A stretch of DNA of 64,000 bases from Dendrobates tinctorius. Taxonomy: Eukaryota. The notes beneath the pieces were generated by a model that searched no databases, was not told where the DNA came from, and was given only the letters and a program-made list of their open reading frames with translations. The stretch covers positions 18,414,001 through 18,478,000 of the forward strand of contig NW_027361706.1 in assembly GCF_039654945.1 (NCBI RefSeq), given 5' to 3'. Position numbers and translations under genes: made by a program. This document shows, one piece after another, positions 40,355-53,059 of this stretch (position 1 is its first letter; the number at the start of each line of letters is the position of its first letter).

Positions 40355-41754
40355 ATGGATCTGCGCTGGAAGAGTTTTCACTTCAACTTGGATTTGGACA
40401 TCGCGATGGCTAGGGCATATGCAGTTGCTTGCCATGAACAAATGAAGAGAGAGAGACAGCAAAGACGGCAGCGGCGGCGTATGTGGATACATCCGATTGT
40501 TGAACTTCGGGAGAACTGTGGGGCGTACCACACCCTCTACAGTGAGCTACAGGCAAACCCGGAGAAATTTACAGATTATATCCGGATGTCCCAAGAAAGC
40601 TTCAGGGATTTGCTTGCTCGTGTCCAAGAATCCATCCGGAGACAGGACACACAGCTCCGTCGTGCGATTCCTCCTGAGGAACGGCTCCTGGTAACATTAC
40701 GGTACGTAATATTTAAAAACCAAGGGGTGGGGTCTGATTTTTTTTTTTTTTTACATGTACTATACAAAACCTGGCCTAATTATTTTTCGTGAATGTACTA
40801 ATTTTTTATTTTATAGTTTTAAAAAACCATATACAGAAATATTAATTTTACTTCTCTCTCTGTTTCGCAGATTCCTGGCGACTGGAGAGACCCTATCTTC
40901 ACTACACTTCCAGTACCGTATTGGAATCTCCACCTTCTCTGGAATTGTTGCGGACACCTGCCGGGCTCTCTGGAACGTTCTTTGTCCAGAATTTATGCCC
41001 CTGCCCACCGCTGAAAAGTGGATGGAAATTGCTGACAAATTCTGGACAGTCTGCAATTTCGCCAACTGTTTGGGAGCTGTTGATGGTAAACACATATGGA
41101 TCATCAAACCCCAAAGAACGGGATCTGAGTACTATAATTACAAAAAGTACTTTTCAACAGTACTCATGGCCATTGCGGATGCCGGATGTATGTTTGTAGC
41201 AGTGGACATTGGAGCATTTGGCCGTGGTAATGACTCCCAGGCTTTTAAAAACTCAGACATGGGCCGGAGGTTGTATGGCAACCAATTTAATTTCCCTATG
41301 CCACGACCTCTTCCCCACACCGAAGGTCCGCCACTGCCCTTTGTAATGGTTGGGGATGAGGCTTTTCAAATGTGCGCAAACCTACTGAAACCCTACTCCA
41401 GCCGTGACTTGGACCACACCAAAAAAAATCTTTAATTACAGGCTGACCAGGGCCCGAAGAACTGTAGAGTGTGCTTTTGGGATTCTTGTCTCCAGATGGC
41501 GAATTCTCGGCACAGCCATTAATCTTAAACTTGAAACAGTGGATGAGGTGGTGAAGGCGTTTGTGGTTCAAAATAATTTTGTGATGGCTAAAGAGCACCC
41601 GTCCTTTGAAATCGATGCTGCTCCTAACCCATTGCCTGAATTCACTCAGCACCCTCTCAGGTCATCCGTTGAAGTTGGCCAAATGAGGGACCAATTTGCG
41701 GCCTACTTTATCTCTGATGTAGGACGGGTGCACTGGCAAGATGAAATGGTGTAA
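40355..41754 (+). pseudogene. Harbinger (HARBI1-like, DDE_Tnp_4) transposase; exons 40355-40701 and 40871-41754; one +1 frameshift at A8 (41421-41428); ~409 aa if corrected
   Basis: Motifs MWIHP, RMSQESF..LL, RRAIPPEERLLVTLR|FLATG, GAVDGKH, YYNYKKYFS, VGDEAF and FNYRLTRARRTVECAFGIL. A GT..AG phase-2 intron at 40702-40870 joins the exons in frame. AATAAA at 41778 and 41832. Confidence 0.93.
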
Positions 41755-41854
41755 AAATGTTTTCGTGTGTGTATGTTAATAAAAAACCTGTTTTGATACC
41801 TGTACCGAGTGCACTATGTTTTTTACACTCCAATAAAATAAACAACTTCCTTGG

Positions 41855-42127
41855 TAGGATCGGGTTTCATGAAACAAAATTTGTTTCAAATGAAACTGGT
41901 CCGACTAGTGGAAAAAAAGTCGGAGTTTCGTCCAAAACCCGACCCCAATGCAAGTCAATGGGGAATAAAAGTCAGCATTGAGTGGATGAATGTAATCCGC
42001 TCAATGCCGACTTTTATTTCCCATTAACTTACATTGTGGTCGGGTTTTGGACGAAACTCTGACTTTTTTTCCCCTAGTTTGACCAGTTTCATTTGAAAAA
42101 AATTCTGTTTCAAGAAACCAGATCCTA
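41855..42127. repeat. Long inverted repeat (~133-bp arms, 7-nt loop)
   Basis: TAGGATCGGGTTTCATGAAAC...GCATTGAGTGGAT / ATCCGCTCAATGC...GTTTCAAGAAACCAGATCCTA. Confidence 0.93.
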
Positions 42128-42289
42128 GTCGGTCAACTCTAGTTATTATACTAGGCTTGGGTATTGAACATATGACGTGTATTTTACCCATCAGTAGATT
42201 AAACACACACGTAATAAGAGTATGTTGTTAATTACAAGGTATATCTAAAATCCCCCTTGCCTGGTATCACAGTAAGTGAAATGAGGATG

Positions 42290-42652
42290 GTAAAGTATTT
42301 TCCATGCATGAAAAAACGGACCGATTATTCTGATCATTCTCTTATCAGAGTGTGGTTCAAATGTCATCAGTTTCTTTCATACATGCAGAGGAAAAAGAAG
42401 ATTCGATTCTTCACCTCATCCTTTCAGACAGTCTGTGAAATTCGGACTGCACTTGAATGTCGTCCGATTTTCTTCACAGACCCATAGACATGTATGGCCG
42501 ATTTTGATCTGACCCTCGGATCAAAATCGGAATTGTCACTGAAGCAAAACTGACATGTGCACAGCGCCATAGAATATCATAGGTGCGAGTGCTATCTGTG
42601 AAAGATGCAGAGAGCACTTGTGCAAAAAAGTTGGACGTGTGAATGAGCGCTA
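42290..42652. mobile_element. Old Harbinger-type non-autonomous element
   Basis: Similar to 13855-14193; ends CGTGTGAATGAGCGC-TAA. Confidence 0.5.
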
Positions 42653-43427
42653 AGACTTTTGTGCAAATTGCCAGTCTTAATTATTTGGGCCCAAAATCTT
42701 TTATATTACTTGCTTCATACAGAACACTGAACCCATCATGCGCCTACAGATTAGTGTATTAGTGTGAACAGGGCCTGAATTACACCTAGAAGTTGTGTTC
42801 ACTATCCATTATTCATTAATCTACCGCAGGTAATTATATTAAGGGGTACAGTAACATTTTACACATGAGATTGGTTATAGTTTACGTAGGTGTGAAATTT
42901 CCTAGGCTGCAGTATGCATGGTATCCCTCAATAACTTTCTATAAACAAATCCCATAAATGCCATACTGTCATATACTGAGAAAGTTTTTAAAGGGACCCT
43001 ATATAAAATAAAAGTGCTACCTTTATGCCCTATGACACATTACCCAACCAATCTGTACATAAGCCATATCCAGCATACGGTCTGATTGGTGCCGCAGGTC
43101 CGTGCTTGTCGCCTTATCACTCCGCAATCGCTGACCCCGCTGTCTTGATGGCTATGGATGGCATCTTCTATGTTATCCACCCAGTGCTCTGCCTTCCTCT
43201 AGAAAGACTAAAGCCCTGTAATGTGCCGGTTTCCTTTTCGGGTCATTGACTTCCTCAGGAGGGAGAATCGAAATGCGTCTGCACAGGTTTGTGCTTCAAC
43301 TGTATGGACTGGAAATTTGAAGTGCTGGGTGGATGACGTAGGCACCATCGGACCAGACCATACTGTATTCTAAAAGGTATTTTCATGGATACATATACTG
43401 TATTGCTGGAGTGATGTGTAAGAAGGC

Positions 43428-43925
43428 TTAAAGGGAATCTGTCAGTAGGATCAACCCTCCTAACCTGTCTATATGACGTGTAGGTCATAGGAGGCTGAAT
43501 TAAATGATACCTTGATATCTGTAATTTGATGGGGTTTTTTCCAGAGAAATCCATGTTTTTCTTAATATGTAAATGAGGTGTTATGGCCGGACATAGATCT
43601 CATTGAGAATCTGCCTCCAGAGCTTATTTTCAATAAAAGAGGGGGCATTACCAGTGTGAGACATGTAATGACTGACATTCTGCGCTCCTGAACTACATGT
43701 CTCACACTGGTAACGTCCCCTTTCATTTACAAAAATCCCTGGAGGCAGATTATGTCCGGCCCATAGATCTTAACAGCTCATTTACATATTAAGAAAAATG
43801 TGGATTTCTCTGGAATAAGACATTGCGTCACAGATATCAAGGTATCATTTTATTCAGCTTTCTAAGACCTACATGCCCATATAGAAGGGATTGGAGGGTT
43901 GATCCTACTGACAGATTCCCTTTAA
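43428..43925. mobile_element. T2/Kolobok-type MITE, almost entirely palindromic
   Basis: TTAA-AGGGAATCTGTCAGTAGGATCAACCCTCC ... GGAGGGTTGATCCTACTGACAGATTCCCT-TTAA. Arms extend to ACCAGTGTGAGACATGTA / TACATGTCTCACACTGGT. Confidence 0.93.
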
Positions 43926-44189
43926 GCTTTTCCTACTCATTTAACCGTAAAAAATGAACAGCACTTGGATCTAAATGGAGCCCGAACTGAATTTATCTGA
44001 ATTGCCTCCAAAACGACCTCCCTTAGAGGAATGGAATTGATTTTCATTTGCAGAAATTGCTGCACCAAATCTGGCCCATGTGAATTCACCCTTATAGATA
44101 AAATTTTAGAAATGTATCACCGTCTCTCCCATGATCTCTAATATCACACAGCCCAAATTGCAGCCGAAAATATAATCTGTGACACATTA

Positions 44190-44432
44190 GGGTGGCTTCA
44201 CATCTGACTCGGAAGTTCTGTGCAAGGCAACGTCACAGGTTCTGTCCAAAAAGAAAGAAAAATACTGCACTATATGCCGGAGACACCGTGATGGAAACGT
44301 AACGGAGCCCATTGAGGTCAATGGGGTTCGTCAGACTGGTTGTTTTCCATCATGCCAGCGTTAAATTCCATTTTTCTGCCGATAGGATGGAACAAAAAAG
44401 GCAGAATTCTTAAAGCAAATGTGAACCTACCC
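44190..44432. mobile_element. Harbinger-type MITE
   Basis: TTA-GGGTGGCTTCACAT ... ATGTGAACCTACCC-TGA, with central CCCATTGAGGTCAATGGG. Confidence 0.7.
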
Positions 44433-44980
44433 TGATAACACAGAAGTCTTGGCTTAATAAGATCAGTCTGCTGGCTTAGAAGATTATCCTAATTGTCACT
44501 GACCATTAGTAAATCAGATTGTACAGCTCTCCTCTCAGACATGTTTTATCTCGCTTCCCTATAATCCCATTATCTACTTCCAGGAGTCTTGATCTTAACC
44601 CTGTGAGATGCGATAAACATTTCACAATAGAAAGGACATTTGTGATCTCAATGAGGATGAGATAAAGGCCTGGAAAGGATCATAAAAGTGACAAGGGATA
44701 AGCCGCGTGCTTCCATTCTCCGTTTTCTACCTCTTCTGGTGCAGGTATATTTTAGAAACCTTAAAATAGTTATTAAGTGAGCATTCACACTGCCTAAACA
44801 GGCTGCTGATTACCCGACTAATGAGCAAAATGCTCGTTTGTTGAGTGAAATTATTTTTAACCTGGTTTAAAAATCATTGTTCTCAGCAGCACATTGTGCC
44901 GTGTAGCACACCAAGTCCATCAAGTAATAGTATAAGTACACTCTTATAAAGAAAGTATTAATGCTCCAAGTATCCCCTTA

Positions 44981-45410
44981 TTAAAGGGAAATTGTCACCA
45001 GATTTTTGCTACACCAAATGAGAGCAGCATGATGTAGGGGCAGAGACCCTGATTCCAAAGATATGTCACTTACTGGGTTGCTTCCTGTAGTTTTGATAAA
45101 ATCATTGTTTTCCCTGCTGCAGATCTTGCAGTTCTCTGAATGGTGAGCTCTGTATAACTCCGCCCACACCACTGATTGGTAGCTTCCTGTGTACATAGGC
45201 AGAGAAGCTACCAATCAGTGGCATGGGCGGGGTTACACAGAGCAGGAGGACTAGATGGCACGGGACATGTAGTCCTGTATTGTTAATTTTCTACTGATAA
45301 AACACTGTTTTTATTAAAATGGCAACAGGCAGCTCAATAAGTGATACATCGCTGGAATAAGGGTCTCTGCTCCTACATCATACTGCTCTCAGATTGCATA
45401 GCAAAAACCT
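44981..45410. mobile_element. T2/Kolobok-type MITE, family A (right tip missing)
   Basis: TTAA-AGGGAAATTGTCACCAG; homologous to the 2718 copy. Confidence 0.88.
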
Positions 45411-46216
45411 TCTAAGTAATATTAACTTCAGTGATGTCTTATGAAATAAAAATGCCCCCTTAACAAGTAATAATGCCCCTATAAACATTGGTATAGTTGA
45501 GATTGGCACTACCTCGTGGAGGGAGATGGCTGTCAGCCTCACACCCGGGGCCTGTGATCACAAACCATTGCTCTCTAGACCATATTGTATGACCTCTGTA
45601 GTTTTTTTGTCTCTTCCAGTAATCCTCCATGTTGGGATGATATAGTTAAAACTTGTCGTATGTCCCAAGTAAAACTGTTCATTTTCCCCAAAATGTCTGA
45701 ATGCTGAGTGATTCTGCTGAAAGCAGAAATTTGCAACAGGCAGGGGCATCATTTTCAATGTGCACCATACGTTACCGATTTTAGTTTTTTCCCCACTTGA
45801 TGGCACAACCAGAAACCAGGTACAACCTGGCACAATTCAGATTAAATAGTTTATATAACACCCTAACCTTTAGATCTCGTCAGTGAGATCGTTATATCCT
45901 CTAGTAATGAGAGCATTAATTCTATCTCAATAGATAAATGTACTCTGACGTGTAAGTTTTCCATCGATCCGAACATTTCCCTCCACACTAGAGACATAAT
46001 AATAACTTCTGTGTCGGTCACAAAGGAAATGACTTTGTGATTAACATTTTACATTCCGCACCATAAATTTTAGTGATTATGTGCAGGGAGCTGCCGGTGG
46101 GAGTTGTAGTTCTTCATATGCAGCATCCTAATACTACCTGCTGATCCTTGTATTCAATAACACGAGGAAGGTGAGAAAATCAGAGCAACTATATTCCCAA
46201 ATGAGATCTCTTTGAG

Positions 46217-46489
46217 CACGCTCGGACTGGCCCACAGGGGAACAGGAGAATCCTCCGGTGGGCCCCCATGTAGGAGTGGCTACAACTCTCTTATGTGAGC
46301 AGTGCTTGGCACAATACACTTGATTCACCATATACAGACAATGAAGCATCTTATTAATTTAACAATCAAGCCAATTTATTGCTATAGAATTTTGTGAATG
46401 AGGAGAAAGTCATTTTTGCATGTAGATGAGAGGAGGGGGTCCCATAGGTGATGTTACTAGTGGGCACTTAGCACACCAGTCCGACACTG
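46217..46489. mobile_element. hAT-type MITE
   Basis: TIRs CACGCTCGGACTGG / CCAGTCCGACACTG; 8-bp flanks TCTTTGAG / TTTTCGAG (6 of 8 identical). Confidence 0.65.
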
Positions 46490-46620
46490 TTTTCGAGAGT
46501 CAATGACTGGCCGTTAAAAAGTCTTGAAAAATGACTGTATTGGCAAGCTAGGCTTTGTTCACATGGAGTTTTTCTTTTAGGTATTCAAAAACTATTCATT
46601 TTTCAACTGGAAACCTCTTA

Positions 46621-47156
46621 GGCCTCTTTCACACATCCGTTTGTCACCATCAGTCAAAATCCGCCGTTTTGCCAAATTAACGGATCCGCCATTTTTCTTG
46701 GCGGATCCGTTTTTTTCCCCATTGACTTGCATTATCGGCGGATCTTGACGGATGGTCATCCGTTGGATCCGTTTTTTTACGGATCCACCAACATTTTAGC
46801 GTCCGCTGGCATGACTGGACGGACCATGAAACGTTTTTTTGCTTGGCCGGATCCGCATTTTTCACTGCGCATGCCCGGAAGANNNNNNNNNNNNNNNNNN
46901 NNNNNNNNNNNNNNNNNNNNNNNNNNNNNNNNNNNNNNNNNNNNNNNNNNNNNNNNNNNNNNNNNNNNNNNNNNNNNNNNNNNNNNNNNNNNNNNNNNNN
47001 NNNNNNNNNNNNNNNNNNNNNNNNNNNNNNNNNNNNNNNNNNNNNNNNNNNNNNNNNNNNNNNNNNNNNNNNNNNNNNNNNNNNNNNNNNNNNNNNNNNN
47101 NNNNNNNNNNNNNNNNNNNNNNNNTTGAGCAGAAATGCGGATGTGTGAAACAGGCC
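46621..47156. mobile_element. Harbinger-type MITE spanning the assembly gap, nested in the older element
   Basis: TTA-GGCCTCTTTCACACATCCG ... CGGATGTGTGAAACAGGCC, with repeated CGGATCCG motifs. Confidence 0.8.
46883..47124. other. Assembly gap (run of N)
   Basis: N characters. Confidence 1.
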
Positions 47157-47731
47157 TTCAGGAAATGCTATTTTTGGGGATTTTTTTTAGGAGTTTTTAT
47201 TAAACGATTTTGAAAAGTTTTTTTACCTTGAAGAGTTCTTTTTATTCTTTTTTAGTCTTGCAGCGTATTCTATGCCGTACTTTTTTCCCCCCACTTTTTT
47301 AAAAAAAACTGTTCAAACTGCTCATGGAAAAGGAAAAAGAAGATTTGCCATCAAACTGAATAGGAAAGAGTTTTTTTCCGAGTGTTTTTAAAGTAGTATT
47401 TGAGGACTATTTTGGAGCGAGTTTGAACTTTTGGAAAACTTTTCCAATTAATTTCTATGGAAAATCCAATTTACTGTACATATGATTATATTAAGCTTTT
47501 ATTTTATTTTTTTTGTTCCTGAATAGCTTTTTGAAAAACACTTGGTGGAAAAAGAATTCAAGTGGACGCCATGTCTTTAAAGCAGATCCTGAAGCAAACT
47601 TCTGCAAACTAGGGACCGTCCAATGAAAAGGCTGCAAAAACAATTTTAGAAAAAAAAAAACATAACTTTTTTGGGAGCGTTTTTAGTGTAGATAAGCATT
47701 TTAATTTTTGGGGAGAGGCGGGGGGATTTTC

Positions 47732-47762
<31 letters not shown>

Positions 47763-48185
47763 CTTCTTTTTAACTCCTTTTATGTTTTTGGAAATCTGAA
47801 GCAGTTAAAAACAATTAGAAGCCCATATACAAGGACAGCAAGTCGTTTTTCAAAAGAGCTGAATCGGAAGAGTTTTTCAAGCGTTTTCTAAGCATTTATT
47901 CAGGCGTTTTTTTTTGGGGGGGGGGGGGGAGGTTTGAGCAGACCGGTTCAAAAAATGCCTCACAAAAAATGTAGTGTGAACATTTCTGGTTAATGAATAG
48001 TTCTTCACACCTTGCTGTTATAAAAACCAAGGATCGTTCCATCACGAGATTTTCTATCTTCTTGGAAAATCTATTGGGAAGGCTGGCCATACGGTTGAGA
48101 GCTGTTGTCAAAATGCATAAAATGGTCTTCTGGTGCTGACAAAATGTTTTTTTCGATATTCATCTAATGTGCATGGCCGCCTCAA

Positions 48186-48856
48186 AGAATCATAGAATCA
48201 TAGAATCGTAGAGTTGGAAGGGACCTCCTGGGCCATCTGGTCCAACCCCCTGCTCAAAGCAGGATTCGCTAAATCATCCCAGTCAGATGTCTGTCCAGCC
48301 TCTGTTTGAAGACTTCCATTGAAGGAGAACTCACCACTTCTCGTGGCAGCTTGTTCCACTCATTGATCACTCTAACTGTCAAAAAGTTTTTTCTAATATC
48401 TAATCTGTGTCTCCTCCCATTCAGTTTCATTCCATCGCTTCTAGTCTTTCCTTGTGCAAATGAGAATAAAGTTGATCCTTCTACAATGTGACAGCCCTTT
48501 AGATATTTGTAGAAAGCTATTAAGTCTCCTCTCAGTCTTCTCTTTTGCAAACTAAACATTCCCAAATCCTGCAACCTTTCCTCATAAGACAGGGTTTGCA
48601 GACCGTTCACCATTCTGGTCGCTCTTTTCTGAACTTGCTCCAGTTTGTTGATGTCTTTTTTAAAATGTGGCGCCCAAAACTGGACACAATATTCCAGATG
48701 AGGTCTGACCAAAGAGGAGTAGAGGGCAATAATGACTTCACGTGATCTAGACTGTATGCTTCTGTTAATACATCCTAGAATTGCATTTGCCTTTTTTGCT
48801 GCTGCATCACACTGTTGACTCATATTCAGTCTGTGATCTATTAGTATACCCAAGTC
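48186..48856 (-). mobile_element. 5-prime-truncated CR1 LINE (ORF2 C-terminus, 3-prime UTR, octamer tail)
   Basis: Open frame DLGILIDHRLNMSQQCDAAAKKANAILGCI...RPHLEYCVQFWAPH...FKQRLDRHL. Tail is (ATTCTATG)n on the minus strand at 48186-48212. Confidence 0.96.
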
Positions 48857-50298
48857 CAAGAGGTTGTCATGGACTGACATATTAATGACCTTATCCCTTG
48901 GATGGGTCATCAATATGAGATTGGTGGGGGTCCAACTTTGTAAAGTAGTAGTGCACTTGGGATAATTCCTGCAGTATATGGTAGAAGGGTCCTATGATAC
49001 AAATTAAATGACAGTATCCCCCATTCTAGGATCAACTGTTAAACGGGCTGTCCGGTCCAAGAGCGATAAGTCTGCCGTCACTCTGTGTGCTGTGTGGATT
49101 CGCCAGTTCCTGATCTGGGATCGAGGGTATGTATGAGCAGAATTCTTAGATGTGCTAGCAGTACACGTGCCTCGGACTCCTGCCCAGGGTGCTGGTTTTC
49201 CAAGCAAGCTCCACTTTGAACTGCGTCTTTGTTAACATGACGCTGATACATTTGGACCCCGTGGTAGAGCGGGGAGCTACGGCTCTCTGCTCCACCATTC
49301 TCTGTCCTGTGAGCCTAGGGATTATATGACATGAGCGTCCCGGTTCAGGTGGTGCAGTCATGTCATTGCATTGCACCACCTTTTTTTTGCAGGGGATGGC
49401 ACAACGGTGACATTACTGCATTTGGAGTAGGAAGTTGGGGGCATCATTACTTCTTAAGGGGGCTTTAATATTTTCAAAAGAGGACATTATTTTAAGGGGG
49501 CTCCCAGGGATCATTTTGGGTGGATTTTACAGGGTGCGATACTTGCTTTGCCACGCATGCTGACAACCCACATTACGCCTCTGTCCCATTTCAGTCAATA
49601 GTTGTCCATGTAATGCAGGACAGGTAGGACAACCCATTAATCGCCACATGTATGGTTCCCATAGAATTTAGTAAATCCATACTGGGCCACGGTGAGAAAT
49701 AAAATATGGTGTCACACTCCGTGGTATAAGAGCATTATTTCAGGAAGACATGCGCTGTTACATGGAGGTACTATACATTGGCCCACAGAGGTCCTAAAGC
49801 CACCACGTGGGTCTGGACAGACAGCGCCGATATATTCATCAGCCCCAAATTAATTACATCTATAAGGAAATTAGCGAGGAAATACATATTTGTCTGTAGC
49901 GAACATTGATAAATCCCGACGTTTCCTTGCATGGTGTGACTGTAATTAATCGCAAGGCACACGGCGTCATGAATATACATCACGTAGAGCCACGCGGAAA
50001 CCAACGAGAATCCGGCAATGCAATAACACAGGGAAGATTAGAATGACAGATGGCTTCAGCGTAGATATCATTTATAGCGCGGCTGACCTTTTTCCTCCTT
50101 GACAGTATCTCGGGGGAGCAAGATGTACTCTAGAGGTGTAAATTTAATTTAATGTTGAAGGCTCTCCTGAGACTTACAGATCCCCTAGAGGATTTCCTTT
50201 ACACTTTGTGATTCCGAACGAAGGATGAGAACAGAGGAGTTTCCGCAGCGCAGCAAAATGAGATAAAAGACGACTGCATTCCTTGATTTCACGCTTTG

Positions 50299-50686
50299 TT
50301 AAAGGGAATGTATCGCCAGGTTTTTTTTTTTGAGAGCATAACGTAGGGACAGAGACCCTGATTCCAGCGATGTGTCACTTACTGGGCTGCTTAGTATAGC
50401 GTTTATAAAATCAACTTTTTTTCAGCAGATTATCTAAACCTAATGCCAGGTAGTCCAACCCTGCCCCCTGCACTGATTGGTACCTATGCAGTGTACACAG
50501 CTTCCAGTCAGTGGTGTGTGGGCAGGGTTATACAGAGCTCAGCATTCAGAGAACTGGTAGATCTGCAGCAGAGAAAATAGTGACATCATAAAAACTAAGC
50601 AATCAGCCCAGTTAAAGACACATCGCTATATCAGGGTCTCTGCCCCCTTTTTACATAGTAAAAATCTGGTGATCGATTCCCTTTAA
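50299..50686. mobile_element. T2/Kolobok-type MITE, family A
   Basis: TTAA-AGGGAATGTATCGCCAG ... CTGGTGATCGATTCCCT-TTAA. Confidence 0.88.
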
Positions 50687-51203
50687 AGGATTGATTTTGA
50701 CTTTTAGGGTTGCTGCCTCCAATAGATGGTACTAGAGATTCAGTTCTCTTACGCTCTGATTTGCATATTTAAATTCCCAAGGGAGCATTGCATGGCCTAT
50801 AAGTCTCCTTACATCGACTTCTGCACAAGGAGAACCTTTATCCCCGTAATTCGTTATCCTGACCTTGGTCTGCAAATCCAGGGTTAAAAAAAGATTCCAT
50901 CTCACCAGAACATAACAGCATTAATAGAGTTTATTCCAAGATCGCTGAATTATATATACAGCTCTGGCAAATGTTCAGTTTGTCTGATTTTTCTCTTTAT
51001 AGGTATATTTTTGAGTAAAATGTAAATTGCCCTTTTATTCTATAAACTACTGACAACATGTCTCCGAATTTCCAAGCAATAAAGTTTGTATTTATTTTCA
51101 GAAAATGAGAAATGGTCAAAATAGCAAAAAATGCTAAGAAAACAAGTTCATAATCATTTAGAAACAACAATACTAATGTTTTAACTCAGGAAGAGTTCAT
51201 AAA

Positions 51204-53059
51204 TCAATATATTGTGGAATAACCATGACTTTTAATCACAGCTTTCATGCTTCTTGGCTGCTTTCCTCCAGTCTGTCACATTGCTTTTGGGTGACCTTAT
51301 GCCACTCCTGGTACAAAAATGTAAGCAGTTCTTTGTTTGATGGCTTGTGACTATCCATCTTCCTCTTGATTACATTCCAGAGGTTTTCAGTGGGTTTCAG
51401 GTCTGGAGATTGGGCTGGCCATGACAAGGATTTGATGTGGTGGTCCTTCATCCACACATTGATTGACCTAGATGTGTGGCATGGCGCATTGTCCTGCTGG
51501 AAAAAACAGTCCTTAGAGCTAGGAACATTGCGTGAGCAGAAGAAATAAACTGTTTTTCCAGGATAACTTTGTATGCGGCTTGATTCATACGTCCTTTGCA
51601 AAGATAAATCTGCCCAATTCCAGCCTTGCTGAAGCATCCCCAGATCATCACCGATCCTCCACCAAATTTCACAGTGGGTACAAGACACTGTGGCTTGTAC
51701 GCCTCTCCAGGTCTCTGTCTAACCATTAGATGACCAGGTGTTGGGCAAAGCTGAAAATTAGACTCATCAGAGAAGATTACCTTACTCCAGTCCTCTGTGG
51801 TCCAATCCTTATGGCCTTTGGCAAACTTCAGCCTGGCTCTCCTTTGCTTCTCATTGATGAAAGGCTTTTTTCTAGCTTTACATGACTTGAGCCCTGCCTC
51901 TAGGAGCCTGTTACGAACTGTTTTTGCTATGCATCTTACCCCAGCTGCCATTTGCCATTCCTTTTGTAGGTCACTTGATGTTATCCTGCGGTTGCTCAGT
52001 GACATTCGAATAAGATGACGGTCATCTCGGTCAGTGGAGAGTCAGTTTCGCCTGCCTTCTACCGGTCTGTAGCTTTGTTGTCCCCAATGTCTGCTGCTTG
52101 ACCTTGTTGTAATGGACTGCCGTCTTGGAAATTTTAAGGATGGAGGCTGTAATGTCACGTGTGACTGGATACACCCGTGAACCTGGATACACCGCCTCCA
52201 GCAGGGCGAATTTAAACAGAGTTAAGGGAAACACCGGGGAAATAGTTACAATGGAGGGCCCTGCAATAGGGAACGGGGACGTGGAGACCTCCTGCACTCC
52301 CCTGAGTCAGTGTCCCTACACTCCTGACAATCCCTAGGCAGGTTCCGCACCTGGCAACAAGCTGGATACCTCAAATCCCTAGCTCGCCCTGCACCTATCC
52401 CTTTCTAGTGAACTGGACGGTGCAGAAACTAATCCCACCACTGCACTAATACACACACAAGGAAAGTCACAAACAGGGAAAAACACCACTTAGCTTTGCT
52501 CTGTTGCTATTGCTTCCAGCAACAGAGTACAACACCAAAGTTCAGCTTCACCCTGAAGCTCGACACCTGAATTCAGCTTCCACCTGAAGCTATTACACCA
52601 GAGCTCCCCTGAGCTGCCAGGAACTCCTCTCTGTAGTTCCTTCCTTCACCAGACTTGGTTGGAAATGAGCAATAAACACCAACCGTGATTGAGACCACCT
52701 GCTACTCCTTTATAGATAGCAGCTAGGGAATCACACCTGCTTCATTATCATGTGCAATAACACTAGCGGCCACCGGGGGCAACTAAACTAAAGTAACCAG
52801 AGTGCAATGATCCTAACAGCCACCGGGGGCAAAACTAGAACTAAAACAACCACAGTGTAATGACCCTATTGGCCACCGGGGGCAAAACTAACTTTAAGCC
52901 AACAGCTTAAAGGAAAAAAAAGGTTACTTGTGCAAAATCTGTCATCATCCAACCTGGATCATGACAGAGGCAACATGACGCTCACTGTATCCCTCTGCTA
53001 GTAAAGCCAGAATTGAACCCTTCTTTTCCTCACTCAAGACTTTTCAACTCCTTTGGCAT
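51204..53059 (-). pseudogene. Tc1 (DD34E) transposase pseudogene, frameshifted and split by an LTR
   Basis: ATG at 53059. Motifs ARKKPFI..RLKFAK..WSKVIFSDES, PTVKFGGGSVMIWGCFS, FQQDNAPCH and WPAQSPDLKPTENLW; stop at 51204. Confidence 0.93.
52148..52966 (-). mobile_element. Solo LTR (819 bp) inserted in the Tc1 transposase
   Basis: TGTAATG...CATGACA termini with a perfect 5-bp TSD GAGGC. Removing it rejoins GYSERHVA|SILKISKTAVHY. Confidence 0.93.

Larger units (their letters stand above)
40045..42200 (+). mobile_element. PIF/Harbinger DNA transposon, right-truncated
   Basis: TAA-GGCTACTTTCACACT left terminus, GCGTTT/AAACGC sub-terminal motifs, transposase gene and downstream palindrome. No right TIR or Myb/SANT gene recognised. 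Confidence 0.85.
46551..47986. mobile_element. Old AT-rich Harbinger-type non-autonomous element
   Basis: GGCTTTGTTCACAT start, GTGTGAACAT end, and a T/A-run-rich interior. Confidence 0.5.

Noticed and set aside
40355-41754. Domesticated host gene HARBI1
   Set aside because: It lies directly inside a transposon terminus with sub-terminal repeats and carries a frameshift; it is an element copy, so no gene symbol is given.
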